Origin: Chlamydiales bacterium
Lineage (GTDB): Bacteria; Chlamydiota; Chlamydiia; Chlamydiales; CALTSX01
Assembly (NCBI GenBank): GCA_051647685.1
Contig: JBOFEG010000010.1
Location: 1-60,457, forward strand
Length of the DNA stretch: 60,457 nt
Direction of reading: 5' to 3'
Position numbers and translations under genes: made by a program. Numbering within the stretch: position 1 is the first letter of the stretch; the number at the start of each line of letters is the position of its first letter. Shown here one piece after another: positions 20,054 to 31,500 of the stretch. The notes beneath the pieces are model-generated. The model searched no databases and was not told the origin of the DNA. It worked only from the letters and a program-made list of their open reading frames with translations.

Positions 20054-20814
20054 CAGAACCATTATTTGTAATCAAAGAACTATCGAAGAAATATTCCAAT
20101 GAAGGAGATGGTTTTTCTCTACAAAACATTTCTTTTTTAATTTTTTCGGGAGAAACGCTTGGAATAATTGGAGAAAGTGGCAGTGGTAAAACAACGTTTG
20201 GAAAATTGCTTATTAGGTTATATATAGCAGATTCTGGCTTTATTCTCTTTAAAAGGAAAGATATCGCCCATCTCTCTAAAAAAGATGTAATTCAATATCG
20301 AAGATCTGTACAAATGGTCTTTCAAAATCCCTCTCTAACCTGTAATCCACAGAAGAGAATCTTAGATATCATCTCAGAGCCGTTAGAAATCCATAATATA
20401 ATTCCTAAAGAACAAAGATACGACCGAGTAATAGAGCTTTTGCATCTTGTACAATTGGATGCAGATCTTATTCTAAAATACCCTTTTGAATGCAGTGGAG
20501 GCCAATTACAGAGGGTATCTATTGCAAGAGCTCTAGCTCTTAACCCCGAAGTGATTGTATGTGATGAACCACTTACTGCTCTAGATTTGCCCACTGCATT
20601 GCAAATTGTTGAACTATTGCAATCTCTTCAGGAAAAACTTAAGCTGACATACGTTTTTATTTCGCATGATTTGAGTATGATTCAGAAACTGACCCATCGC
20701 ATTTTAGTTCTTAGAAAGGGAAGCATAGTAGAACTTGGAACTACAAAAGATATTCTATTAAATCCTTCGGAGATTTATACGAAAAATTTTGTATCAGCAG
20801 CTTTCCTATTATAA
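20050..20814 (+). CDS. oppF: Oligopeptide ABC transporter ATPase
   Basis: GESGSGKT, YPFECSGGQLQR, VCDEPLTALD, ISHDL. Confidence 0.88.
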   Translation: MTEPLFVIKELSKKYSNEGDGFSLQNISFLIFSGETLGIIGESGSGKTTFGKLLIRLYIADSGFILFKRKDIAHLSKKDVIQYRRSVQMVFQNPSLTCNPQKRILDIISEPLEIHNIIPKEQRYDRVIELLHLVQLDADLILKYPFECSGGQLQRVSIARALALNPEVIVCDEPLTALDLPTALQIVELLQSLQEKLKLTYVFISHDLSMIQKLTHRILVLRKGSIVELGTTKDILLNPSEIYTKNFVSAAFLL

Positions 20815-20934
20815 TAAAAAGTATATAGCATTTATCTATAGTAAGCTAATTTTCAACAGATTGTGCAATATTTTGTGTGTACTTTACTGTAGAAAAAATT
20901 TGGTTTATATGCTATAATTACAGTAGGGAAACTT

Positions 20935-22347
20935 ATGAATTTAACTAATAATATACTATTACATACTAGTGAGTCTAAAGAACCTGAGCTCTCAGTTGAC
21001 TTTGCATCACTTAAGCTGAATCCCATTGTAGCTTATATAGTTACGATGTCCTCTCTAACTCCTTTATTAAAAAGGGGTTATGCTCAAGCCATTTCGGAAT
21101 CGGTTGGATCAGATAGCAATATAACAAATATCCTCTCTACTCCTCCCGCACATGCAGCAGCTCCTGAAAGGATCAATAAACTGCTAGAAGGGCATATGGG
21201 GAATATTAGGGATAAACTCGGAGATATTAAAAAAATTATAGATGAACTGAAAGAGAAGGCAGCCTTCTATATGGGTTTAATCTCGAAGGGTGAGAAGCAC
21301 TACATCGTGGGAAAAGAGTGGGAAGAATTTGAGAAGAAATTTATATACTCTACGAAACGAATAATGGAGACCGTAACCCTCATTAGAGAATCCATTAAAA
21401 AGCTTCGATCAATCTTATCTAAAAACGCTAAATACCCAGCATTAGATCAAATAGAGAAGTATTGTCAAAGCCTACTCGATAAGATCCCAGATCCAAGTAG
21501 TAAATGGAATCCTGAAAATGCTGAATACGACGGGTCTAAGTGGATGCATAAATCTATTAATGATGAGGAAAAAACCGTTTTTTTAGGATGGGAAACATGG
21601 TTTAAAGGAATTAAAAATCCAGTTGGTTTATTAGAGATGATCCTTGATAAAGATACGAGTAAAAAGGATGATTATCTCAAAACTATAGGTAATGGTTTAG
21701 ATTCTGTAGAAGAGCTTTTGAGAAACGTAGGAAAGTATAGCCGAATGTTAGAGAGAGAGGAAATTTTCAAACATTTAGCTAGTCTAGACACTGAAGAAGC
21801 CTATGTTTACATAATCAGTACCGTATTACCTATGTTGCAAGATGAATCGACTGCCGGTCTTGACGAAGCGGGAAAGACTATGAAAATAATTGCAGGAATT
21901 TATGACAAATGGAATGAGATACAAGATCTGATCAATAAGTCTATTAAACAAGATGCAAAAGATGCAGTAGCGGCAGACAACCTGGGCAATAAAATTAAAG
22001 AGATGGTGCAAGATATTCAATACGAATTAAAAAGAGCTAAGATCTATCTTCCATCATCAGCGCATTCATTACTCGATACAATGAAAGAGTTATCGAATAA
22101 ATTAGTGACAGAGTATCCTAAAGACTTCTTTAAGGTTGCAGGAGATTCCGATCAAACTATATTTAAGATATATATGGACAACATTGGTCAAGGAATTACA
22201 GCTTTAACCAGTATATCTAACATGGCACAGCAGCAATTGCAGATCGAAACACAGTATTATAATTCTCTGCTAGGGTTCCAGAAGTCTGCTCAAGATTCTC
22301 TTAATAAAAGTATTCAAGCAGCTTTAAATAATATGAGAGCAGTCTAA
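20935..22347 (+). CDS. Hypothetical helical protein, putative T3SS substrate
   Basis: 470 aa, coiled-coil rich, no signal peptide; C-terminal QQLQIETQYYNSLLGFQKSAQDSLNKSIQAALNNMR. Confidence 0.6.
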   Translation: MNLTNNILLHTSESKEPELSVDFASLKLNPIVAYIVTMSSLTPLLKRGYAQAISESVGSDSNITNILSTPPAHAAAPERINKLLEGHMGNIRDKLGDIKKIIDELKEKAAFYMGLISKGEKHYIVGKEWEEFEKKFIYSTKRIMETVTLIRESIKKLRSILSKNAKYPALDQIEKYCQSLLDKIPDPSSKWNPENAEYDGSKWMHKSINDEEKTVFLGWETWFKGIKNPVGLLEMILDKDTSKKDDYLKTIGNGLDSVEELLRNVGKYSRMLEREEIFKHLASLDTEEAYVYIISTVLPMLQDESTAGLDEAGKTMKIIAGIYDKWNEIQDLINKSIKQDAKDAVAADNLGNKIKEMVQDIQYELKRAKIYLPSSAHSLLDTMKELSNKLVTEYPKDFFKVAGDSDQTIFKIYMDNIGQGITALTSISNMAQQQLQIETQYYNSLLGFQKSAQDSLNKSIQAALNNMRAV

Positions 22348-22352
22348 GTTTT

Positions 22353-23555
22353 CTAGACAGCTGTCTTTCTTACACAATTAATCATAATTCCTCCTAGTAA
22401 TGCCGCTATAGAAAAGACAATCAAGGGGAGAGAAGATACGATAGTTGCCAGTAATCCACTTGCAAGAGCCGCTATTGCGGTAGCAAGAAACTGAATCACC
22501 TGATCATTCCCAGCCGCTCTTCCTTTGACGTGTCCACGCGCGGATAATAAGGCGATAGAATTACAAGCGGGAAAACAGAAAGCGATTGGAATGGATATCA
22601 TCATTAAAGTAAACCACAATACATCTGTCTGAATTGGCAATAAAACGAGAAACATAGTGATTGCCATTACAAATGGGAAGAAAGCTAAAATTCTTCTTGG
22701 CCTCCATTGTTTTTGGGACATTCTCAAAAAATAGAGATCAATAAGTAACATAGGCAATATAAACCACGATAAAAATTCGGAAAGCAAAGTTACCTTCGCT
22801 TGAAAAGCATCTACAATATACATCGAAATACTGCGAAAAAATCCGAACATAGAAAAATATAAAAGAAAATTGGCAATGTATAAGGGCTTTGTACTGTGGT
22901 TTTTCAGCATAGATAGAATGCTTTCTCGAGATAAGCCGTCCACTTTTAATTTTTTCTTAGGGATGTAAGATTCATCAAAACTGACAAGAATCCAAAGAGT
23001 TGCAATCAGTAACACGAAAAATCCACACCAAAAGGGAGTTGCATAAGTAAACATCCCTGCAATTCTTCCCCCTAACAAGGGACCTACTAGGTAAGCGAGA
23101 CTCACTACCACATAGGTAGCACTGATTAATTTATTATTATTTTTATGAAGAGCAGCTATTGCAATCACTTCGTGTGCAATTAGAACGTTAGATTCGATTA
23201 CTCCAGTAAGAAAAATGCTAATGGCCAAAATTACATAATTACTTTCTAATATCGCAAAAGCAATGACCGCATAAAATAGAGTAGCGCCCAAAAGAGATAT
23301 TGTTAAAACTGGCTTTCTTCCAAATTTGTCCGATAGTCTTTCTATATAAGGGGCCCCAATAAATTGCCCTATCGGATAAAGGAAGAGAAGAATTCCCAAA
23401 AAGAAATATCGAATTCCTATAGGATTGCCATAAAAAAAAGTACTCTCCTCGATGTGCAGTAACATCGGAGGGAATATAGAAATCATTAAGCTATGCCCCA
23501 AAACCGATGCAAAGATTACAAAGTATAAGGCAAATATACGAGAAAAACTAATCAT
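22353..23555 (-). CDS. MFS transporter (TetA/DHA1-like)
   Basis: About 12 TM segments; motif A RLSDKFGRKPVL; GPLLGG. Confidence 0.85.
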   Translation of the reverse strand: MISFSRIFALYFVIFASVLGHSLMISIFPPMLLHIEESTFFYGNPIGIRYFFLGILLFLYPIGQFIGAPYIERLSDKFGRKPVLTISLLGATLFYAVIAFAILESNYVILAISIFLTGVIESNVLIAHEVIAIAALHKNNNKLISATYVVVSLAYLVGPLLGGRIAGMFTYATPFWCGFFVLLIATLWILVSFDESYIPKKKLKVDGLSRESILSMLKNHSTKPLYIANFLLYFSMFGFFRSISMYIVDAFQAKVTLLSEFLSWFILPMLLIDLYFLRMSQKQWRPRRILAFFPFVMAITMFLVLLPIQTDVLWFTLMMISIPIAFCFPACNSIALLSARGHVKGRAAGNDQVIQFLATAIAALASGLLATIVSSLPLIVFSIAALLGGIMINCVRKTAV

Positions 23556-23588
23556 TATATTATTACTTTATATTAAACCCCGTGTATC

Positions 23589-23636
23589 AATTAGTATTAT
23601 TTATATCAATCTATATTGATATAAATAATACTAATT
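23589..23636. repeat. Perfect 22-bp inverted repeat with 4-nt loop
   Basis: AATTAGTATTATTTATATCAAT-CTAT-ATTGATATAAATAATACTAATT. Confidence 0.95.
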
Positions 23637-23722
23637 ACAATTGACTATTATTTTTGTAAATTACCTTATATTATATAAATGATTCATTTTAAAAAAAATG
23701 GAGATGTTTGATTTTAGAAAAC

Positions 23723-24088
23723 TCAATTAAGCTGAAGTAGTCTGGCCTTTCTCTCTTCTAAGGCGCGAATTTCTTGATCCAGGTTGCGAGCTTGCTGCTC
23801 GTGAAAATCAGCATTTTGCCATGAACGCCTTGCGTCAATTAGATGACCATCGCGAAATTGCAATCGATCCCCATCATCTCGTGCTCGTGTAGCCTTTCCG
23901 AGATGCATATTTTTTTCATTAATTTTTCTATGTATTTGTGATTGAATTTGATCGAGCTCTGATTGATAATTGTCTCCAAATCCGAGGCTATTGGAAATCG
24001 GAAGCGCATTGATAGTAAATGTACTGTAGTTCATTAAAAAAATAAGAAATAGACTCAGCCAAATTCGCATCATCTTGGTATAATTCAT
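23723..24088 (-). CDS. Secreted coiled-coil hypothetical protein
   Basis: Signal-peptide-like N-terminus followed by heptad-rich helix. Confidence 0.6.
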   Translation of the reverse strand: MNYTKMMRIWLSLFLIFLMNYSTFTINALPISNSLGFGDNYQSELDQIQSQIHRKINEKNMHLGKATRARDDGDRLQFRDGHLIDARRSWQNADFHEQQARNLDQEIRALEERKARLLQLN

Positions 24089-24197
24089 ATATTACCCGAT
24101 AAAATTGTATTTCCTCAAGGTATCACATAGTATTTTTTTTAAAAAATTTTTTATCGAAAAGATTCAAAGATTGGTTTAAACTATTCCTTATGTCTAT

Positions 24198-24959
24198 TTG
24201 ATTAATGTATTAATGTATTTAATAATTATATTATCTATTATTTTCACTTTTCCATTGTTCCCTAATATTCCTACATTGAATAGTCGATTGCAAAAAGCAA
24301 AGGGTGGAGAATTTATTGTCACACAGAAAAATAAAACTATTACCCTCTTAACGTATCACTTACTACGATCTAAGGATCGAATACTTCTTGAAGAGATATC
24401 AGCTCCGCGAAGCTCTATTTCCTTTCCAATTGATTGGCAGGAATGGATAAATAGGTTTGCTCCTGGACACCACTCTTGGACTTTATATGAGATTGATTTT
24501 TATACTGGTGAATTGATCTCTTGTTTTTCCCCTTCTAAGGGAGAATGGTTATCTATTCATGGAGAAGCGGGGTTTCTTCCAAAATTACTAACACTTCCCC
24601 TTCAAGAAATGTCAGATTTCAAAAAAAAACGAATAGGCCCTGCACCTCAAAAAAAATTTGATGATCATAGACCGATATGGGCACCATTATTAGTGTATCA
24701 CGGTAAAACCCACGAGAGAGCTTCTTTTGATGTTTATGAAACTTTTTGGCCAAATGACAATACCGATTTAAGTCTTGCGCACATTACTCTCTATTTTCAC
24801 AAACAAAATATTTCCTTTCCATTTCCCTATTGGATGCAAGTCGATACTGGGCTAGGCCGTGCTACAGTCCGAGTCATTGATTCTGGATCGGAACTACGAA
24901 GTATATTTGTCGACATGCCCAAACGAAATTGTAGAGGCTCGAAGGAAGCAATGCAATGA
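24198..24959 (+). CDS. Conserved chlamydial hypothetical protein (CT021-like), exported
   Basis: Signal peptide, LEEISAP, APGHHSW, FPYW...VIDSG; adjacent to lepB as recalled for Chlamydia. Confidence 0.6.
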   Translation: MINVLMYLIIILSIIFTFPLFPNIPTLNSRLQKAKGGEFIVTQKNKTITLLTYHLLRSKDRILLEEISAPRSSISFPIDWQEWINRFAPGHHSWTLYEIDFYTGELISCFSPSKGEWLSIHGEAGFLPKLLTLPLQEMSDFKKKRIGPAPQKKFDDHRPIWAPLLVYHGKTHERASFDVYETFWPNDNTDLSLAHITLYFHKQNISFPFPYWMQVDTGLGRATVRVIDSGSELRSIFVDMPKRNCRGSKEAMQ

Positions 24960-25011
24960 GTTTGCAAAAACAGCGAAAGCCTGGTATCATATACCTATAC
25001 CTTGAGGATTT

Positions 25012-26907
25012 ATGAAAAAAATATCTATTCGCAGAATGCGTGAATATCTAGTGCAAACATATTCATTATACCGCAAAAAGGAAGCGACGTTGTCAATATG
25101 CGACAAAGAAAAAATCGAATCTTCTATGCGTCAGCTACAAGGGGCTTTATCCAGCAAGGATAAGATGGCTGGCTCTAAAGCGTATTATGCTCTACAGAGC
25201 TTATCCAAAGAATATTTAAAAAAACCTAGATGGGCTAGTTGTATAGACTATATTGGAGGCTTCTTCATGGCTCTATTCATTGCGATCGCTGCTCGCGGTC
25301 TATGGTTTGAATTATACCAAATACCGACTGGTTCTATGAGACCCACATTTTGTGAAGAAGATCGGGTTATAGTTTCAAAAACTGCTTTTGGAATTAACAT
25401 GCCTCTTATGGCAAAACATCTATATTTCGATCCGGATTTAATTAATCGAAATGGAATCTTCATTTTTACTGGAGAAAATATAGATATTTCTAACGGTGAT
25501 ATGCGATATTTTTATTTATTTCCCGGGAAGAAACAATATATCAAGAGGTTGATTGGAAAACCCGGTGATATCCTCTATTTCTATGGAGGCAAAATTTATG
25601 GAATCGATAAAGAGAAAAAGGATATTACTTCGGACTTGAATCCAGAAATGTTGCAGGATATTGAACATATCCCCTATCTGTCTTTCGAAGGTAGAGTAAA
25701 GACTATGCAATCTAGGGATATGCATTCCCAGGTAACTTTGTCGCAAATGAATCTGCCTATAGCAGAATTATCGATAACTCCCTATGGAAAAGCAGAAGGA
25801 AAGCTGCTTCCAAAGTGGGAGCCAATGGAAAACTATTTTAATATATGGGGATGTAAGAACTATGGAATGGTTCGACTTCTTACTGCTGAACAAGTTTTTG
25901 AGTTTGCCCCGCAGGAATATAAGAATTTGCCAAAATCTCTTCTTTACGCAGAAATACTTCATCATCCCGATATTAAAAAGCCTTTTCTCGGTAAAGATCT
26001 CTATGGAAGAGTTCGCCCAATTCCCTCTATTAGTAAATCCTACCTCCCTCTACAGGAGATACATGTCCGGGCTTTATTCGACAAACTAAATACCTCTAGG
26101 TTTGTTGTTAAAGGAGGAAAAGGCTATCGATATGGTGCATCGATGAATTCTCTATTTGGAATTCCTCTTGTAGGTGTTCCCGATGGAATGTATGAATTTA
26201 TCGCTGGAACTCCTTATCAGATCTATTGGAAAGGAGTAACTCGTAAATTATCCGCTGATCACCCACTAGCTCAATTCAATATTTCTCAAACTCAAGCATT
26301 ATTTAATATTGGAATTGAATTTGATGCGAGATATCTTCCAAAGTATCCCGACCAAAATTGTAACCCCGCCAGGTATTGTTATTTTAAAGAGGGCGATCTA
26401 TATTTTTTAGCAGCGCCTATTCTACGGCAAAGCGATCCAGAATTGATATCATTTGTCTCTCGTGAAAAAGAAAAACAAAAAAGAGCTTTTCCAAATAGTT
26501 ATTTTGCCTTCTTAGATAGTGGTCCTCCACTCAAAGTCGATGGTTCGATAGATAAAGATTTTATCGCGCAATATGGGTTGCGCATTCCAGATGGTCATTA
26601 TTTAGCTCTTGGAGATAATCATGCTATGAGCGCTGATAGTCGAGATTTTGGATTTGTACCTCAAAATAATATCCGTGGTGCTCCTAAGCTAATTTTTTGG
26701 CCTTTTGGTGAAAGAATGGGAAAACCCATTCAAGCTCCCTATCCCATTATTAATTTTCCTCGAACGCTCATTTGGTCTATTGCCATCATAAGTTTTTTAT
26801 CGTGGAATGTATGGAAATTGATTCGCCAGAAATTCATATTCAAAAAAATTGAGAATACAAAAGTCATCTGTAATGAATCTGTAGAAAATTCGTTAGACTT
26901 GAATTAA
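25012..26907 (+). CDS. lepB: Signal peptidase I (long chlamydial type)
   Basis: IPTGSMRPT (catalytic Ser), YIKRLIGKPGD (Lys), LGDNHAMSADSRDFGFVP. Confidence 0.93.
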   Translation: MKKISIRRMREYLVQTYSLYRKKEATLSICDKEKIESSMRQLQGALSSKDKMAGSKAYYALQSLSKEYLKKPRWASCIDYIGGFFMALFIAIAARGLWFELYQIPTGSMRPTFCEEDRVIVSKTAFGINMPLMAKHLYFDPDLINRNGIFIFTGENIDISNGDMRYFYLFPGKKQYIKRLIGKPGDILYFYGGKIYGIDKEKKDITSDLNPEMLQDIEHIPYLSFEGRVKTMQSRDMHSQVTLSQMNLPIAELSITPYGKAEGKLLPKWEPMENYFNIWGCKNYGMVRLLTAEQVFEFAPQEYKNLPKSLLYAEILHHPDIKKPFLGKDLYGRVRPIPSISKSYLPLQEIHVRALFDKLNTSRFVVKGGKGYRYGASMNSLFGIPLVGVPDGMYEFIAGTPYQIYWKGVTRKLSADHPLAQFNISQTQALFNIGIEFDARYLPKYPDQNCNPARYCYFKEGDLYFLAAPILRQSDPELISFVSREKEKQKRAFPNSYFAFLDSGPPLKVDGSIDKDFIAQYGLRIPDGHYLALGDNHAMSADSRDFGFVPQNNIRGAPKLIFWPFGERMGKPIQAPYPIINFPRTLIWSIAIISFLSWNVWKLIRQKFIFKKIENTKVICNESVENSLDLN

Positions 26908-26933
26908 ATAGTTTCATTGAGGATCGTAACAGT

Positions 26934-28454
26934 ATGACTATCTTTTTTAGTAGGAATGTTTTCAAATGGTTTTTTCGATTTATTCTTCCGCTATACTTTC
27001 TTTGCATTCCTATACAACAACTCCTGCCTAGCCCTTTATCTCCAATCACTCTTCCAGAAGAGCCGAGAAAAATCACTCCAGATTCAAAAGATGCTCCTCT
27101 CGAAGTATCTGGAAAAATCGATGTGAAACCAACTACTCGCGATGACGAGATTCGAGATAGGTTAGATAAGATCTTAAAAGCAACAGGCTGGTTTACCAGT
27201 TCTTCAGTGGCTGTAGTGGATGGTGTTGTCTTCCTAAATGGTTCTACTAAAATGCAGGATTATAAAACGTGGGCGGGCAATTTAGCGAGAAACACACAAG
27301 GAACCACTGCAGTTGTTAATAAGATTGTTATATCCAAGCCACCTATTTGGAATTTCGGCCTCATTTTCGGAAAATTACAAGAAGAATTTCGTCGGGTAAT
27401 CTGGGCGCTTCCCTCTATAATTGCTGGAATGATTATTTTATTCATAGCTTATGTAATAGCTCGATTAATTACCCCTCCCATCCGACGAATGTTGCATAAA
27501 AAATTTACTCATTTAATTCTTGCAGACGTAATTGCGAAATCCATTGGCTGTTTGGTTTTTTTGATCGGAATTTATATCGTTTTTGAGCTGGTTAATCTGA
27601 CAAATATTGCTATGACAGTAGTTGGAGGGACAGGTTTAATTGGTATCATACTCGGTATTGCTTTCCGAGATATTACAGAAAACTTTCTTGCCAGTATATT
27701 TTTAAGTATTCAAAACCCATTTCGGAATGGAGACCTCATCGAAATTAATCAAAATCTCGGATATGTCCAGAGACTCACTATGCGGGTAACTGTTCTTATG
27801 GATATGAATGGCAGTCATATTCAAATCCCGAATTCTACTGTATACAAAAGCGAAATCAAAAACTATACGAGCAATCCGAATAGACGGGATTCATTTATTG
27901 TAGGAATCAGTTACGATACCTCTATTTCTACTGCGCAGGAAGCCGCTCTTATCGTGTTAAATAATCATGAAGCAGTATTAAAAGATCCAGAGCCTTTAGT
28001 CCTAGTTAGCAGTATGGATTCTTCATCCATTAATTTGCAGATTTACTTTTGGATAGATAGTACTAATTATAGCATACTTAAAGTGAGATCTTCTTTAATT
28101 CGTCTAGTAAAAGGCGCTTTTTATGAGAAGCATATTACTATACCCGATTCATCTCGAGAGCGCTTATTCCCAAAAGGTATCTCTGTGGAATTAGTTAAGA
28201 AAGAACGAACAACAGCTAAAGTAACAGGCAGTAGTCTCGCTCCGAAATCACCCCCTGTTCATAAGGAATTAAAAACTGTCGCTACTAAAGCAGAATCGGG
28301 ACTTGCTAGTGAAGCAAAGGAGATTAAGGAACTCGCCTCTCAATCAAAAATGCCAGAAAAGGGAAAAGATCTTCTTTCCAATTCAAAACAGGAAAATGCA
28401 AAGAATGATAATGATTCACATCAAGGTAATGAAACAGATGATAAAAAGGATTAA
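26934..28454 (+). CDS. Mechanosensitive channel MscS family with periplasmic BON domain
   Basis: V.DGVVFLNG BON motif; GIAFRDITENFLAS, PFRNGDLIEI, IPNS. Confidence 0.85.
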   Translation: MTIFFSRNVFKWFFRFILPLYFLCIPIQQLLPSPLSPITLPEEPRKITPDSKDAPLEVSGKIDVKPTTRDDEIRDRLDKILKATGWFTSSSVAVVDGVVFLNGSTKMQDYKTWAGNLARNTQGTTAVVNKIVISKPPIWNFGLIFGKLQEEFRRVIWALPSIIAGMIILFIAYVIARLITPPIRRMLHKKFTHLILADVIAKSIGCLVFLIGIYIVFELVNLTNIAMTVVGGTGLIGIILGIAFRDITENFLASIFLSIQNPFRNGDLIEINQNLGYVQRLTMRVTVLMDMNGSHIQIPNSTVYKSEIKNYTSNPNRRDSFIVGISYDTSISTAQEAALIVLNNHEAVLKDPEPLVLVSSMDSSSINLQIYFWIDSTNYSILKVRSSLIRLVKGAFYEKHITIPDSSRERLFPKGISVELVKKERTTAKVTGSSLAPKSPPVHKELKTVATKAESGLASEAKEIKELASQSKMPEKGKDLLSNSKQENAKNDNDSHQGNETDDKKD

Positions 28455-28567
28455 CTGTTGATTACCTAGAAGGTCTATTTTTCTTAAAAAACTTTTCTAT
28501 ATAAAATTGCCTTTACTTAAGAAGTCCTTATCCATATAGAAAACTTTTTTAGAGTGTAGAGATTGTA

Positions 28568-31500
28568 TTATCTAGAAGCTTCTGCTCGATTGAGATCAAT
28601 TGTAGCAAATTCTCCATTGAGATCTATAGGAGTTCCCTCACAAGGAGCAAAAGTGAGATCAGCAATTAAAGTCTCATTGGTGATATACTCTGCATGAGAA
28701 TAAAAAGCTTTTTTCACTCTTTCTGTTGTATCTAGAGTCACTCTGATGCGATCGGTGACTTGGAGCCCTAGCGTCTTTCTCATTGTATTAAGCCTATTTA
28801 CAAGCTCTCTTGCCATTCCTTCTTGAATTAGATCCTCGTTTAGATCGAGGTTTAATGCAACCGTAATACCACCCGATACCTGCGCAATAATGCCATCTCG
28901 AACAATAGAACCTATTAATAAATCCTCCGGGGTTATAGAGAAAATATTCCCATCAATAGCAATCGATATAGGATCTTCTTCAGTACAGGCAGAGGCTTCC
29001 TCGTAAGTTAGTGTCTGAATTTTCTCTCTCAATTTTGGGAGCCATTTCCCCACTTTTTTCCCAAGAGTTTTTAGATTGGGCTTAATACTGTGAGTGACAA
29101 ATTGAGACTCTTCATGAGAGAAGTGAATTTCTTTTACGTTTAACTCTTCTTTAATTAGGTTGTCTTGCTCCTGCAGAGATGTAATTATCCCCTCATTGGC
29201 AGAGACAATATAGGCTGTTTGTAAAGGCTGCCTGACTTTTATATGATTCTCTTTTCGCAAACTATGACCAAGATTTACAACTGCTTGAGCGAGTGCAGTT
29301 TTTTCTTCTAACTCTATATCTCGAAGTAGGGAATTATATAATGGAAAAGTAGTTAAATGAACAGAGATCGGATCTTCCGCTCTTCTCAAATTTTGGTACA
29401 TTTCCTCACTAATAAAGGGAATAAAGGGAGCGGCTATTTGTGCGAAAGCATATAAAACAGAATAGAGGGTTCCAAATGCTAATTGTTGATCTACTGGGTC
29501 AGAATCTTCCCAAAACCTACGTCGATTTCTTCGAATATACCAGTTTGTCAGCGATTCGATAAACTCTACTAGGGATTCTACAGCGCTTGATAAATGATAT
29601 TGCTCTAAGGATCCTTCTACCTCAAAGATCAACTTTTGTAGTTTTGAAATAATCCATCGATCAATTGGTAAAGCATTATGTGGAAATTCAGTATCTGTTG
29701 GTTGCCATTTATAGATATTGGCATACGTTGCAAAAAACACATAACAATTCCAAAACGGCAAAAGAAGTTGCCGGACAGAGATCTCAACATCTTTTTCAGA
29801 AAAACGCATATCTTCCCCTCTGACGGCGGCACTTCGAAGTAAATAAAATCGCAGCGCATCGGCACCATGAGTATCGATTATAGTGGAGGGTTCGGGATAA
29901 TTTTTTAATTTTTTCGACATCTTACGTCCATCTTCTGCTAGGATGAGTCCATTGACAACGACATTTTTAAAGGCAGAGGTATCAAAAAGTGCTGTACTGA
30001 GAACTGTTAATGTATAAAACCATCCGCGCGTTTGGTCGATTCCTTCCGCAATAAAATCAGCTGGAAATCTGTTTTCGATCACATCTTTATTCTCAAATGG
30101 ATAATGCATTTGTGCATAAGGCATTGAACCCGATTCAAACCAGCAGTCAAATACTTCAGGAGTACGCCTGTATTCTTTTCCTTCTTTGTGGATAACTATG
30201 TCATCGATGTGATGTCTATGGATATCGGGGATAGTTCTTTGAGATAACTTTTCAAGTTCTGACACACTGGATATAACGATATAATCATCTTCTTCACTTT
30301 TCCAAATAGGCAATGGAGTGCCCCAATATCTATTTCGACTGACGGCCCAATCTCGCGCACTCTCAAGCCATTTACCAAACCTTCCCTCTTTCATGTGCTC
30401 TGGTATCCAATGAATAGATTGATTAATTTCCACCAATCGATCTTTAATTTTTTCAACGGCGACAAACCAACTATCTACTGCCTTATAAATGAGCGGGGTG
30501 TCAGATCGCCAACAAAACGGATATCTGTGGCGAATCGTCGCTTGATGAAATAGAAGTTTTTCCCGTTTTAAATATTGAATAATCTGTTTATCTGCATCTT
30601 TTACAAATAAACCAGTGTATTCTGGAACCTCAGATGTGAACTTTCCATTGCTATCGACTGGACACACAATTTCGATATTTTCTCTGAGACAAACAAAAAA
30701 GTCCTCTTCCCCAAATGCAGGAGCTGCATGTACAATTCCAGTTCCATTATCTTCTCCAACAAAACTGTCTCCAATGACTCGGAAAGCATTGGGTCTTTCC
30801 CCTATAAAACAGGAAAAAGGAGGTGTATATTTCTCTCCTAACAAATTTTTCCCAAGACAAGTAGACTCAATTTCATAACTTCCCGGATCTTTAAAGTGAG
30901 CTGTTATACGCTTGGTTGCTAATATATAAAGGCTATCATCGACACGGCTTTTGACTTTAGCATATTCAATAACTGGGTTTACAACAAGCGCGAGATTAGA
31001 TGGCAGAGTCCAAGGAGTTGTTGTCCAAATCAAAAAGAATTCGCCTGGATTTTTTGTTGGCATTTTTACAGTAACCGCCGGATCATCTACGTCTTGGTAG
31101 TTCAAGTTCGCTTCAAAATTAGAAAGAGGGGTTCCAAGCTTAGCGGAATAAGGCATCACCTTAAATCCTTTATAAACCAAATCTTTTTTCCAAAGCTCCC
31201 CAAATACCCACCAGACTGACTCCATAAAATTGCGATCCATAGTTCGGTACGCATAGTCCATATCAATCCAACGACCCATACGCTCTATAGTGGATTTCCA
31301 TTGGTTGGTATATCGAAGTACGATAGATCGGCATTCTTCATTAAACTTGGCTATGCCAAAGTTTTGAATTTCAAAAGCACCAGATAGAGCTTGCGTCTTC
31401 TCAATTTCATTTTCTACCGGTAATCCATGACAATCCCATCCAAAGCGTCTAGGGACAAAAAATCCCTTCATTGTTTTATAACGTGGAATTACATCTTTGA

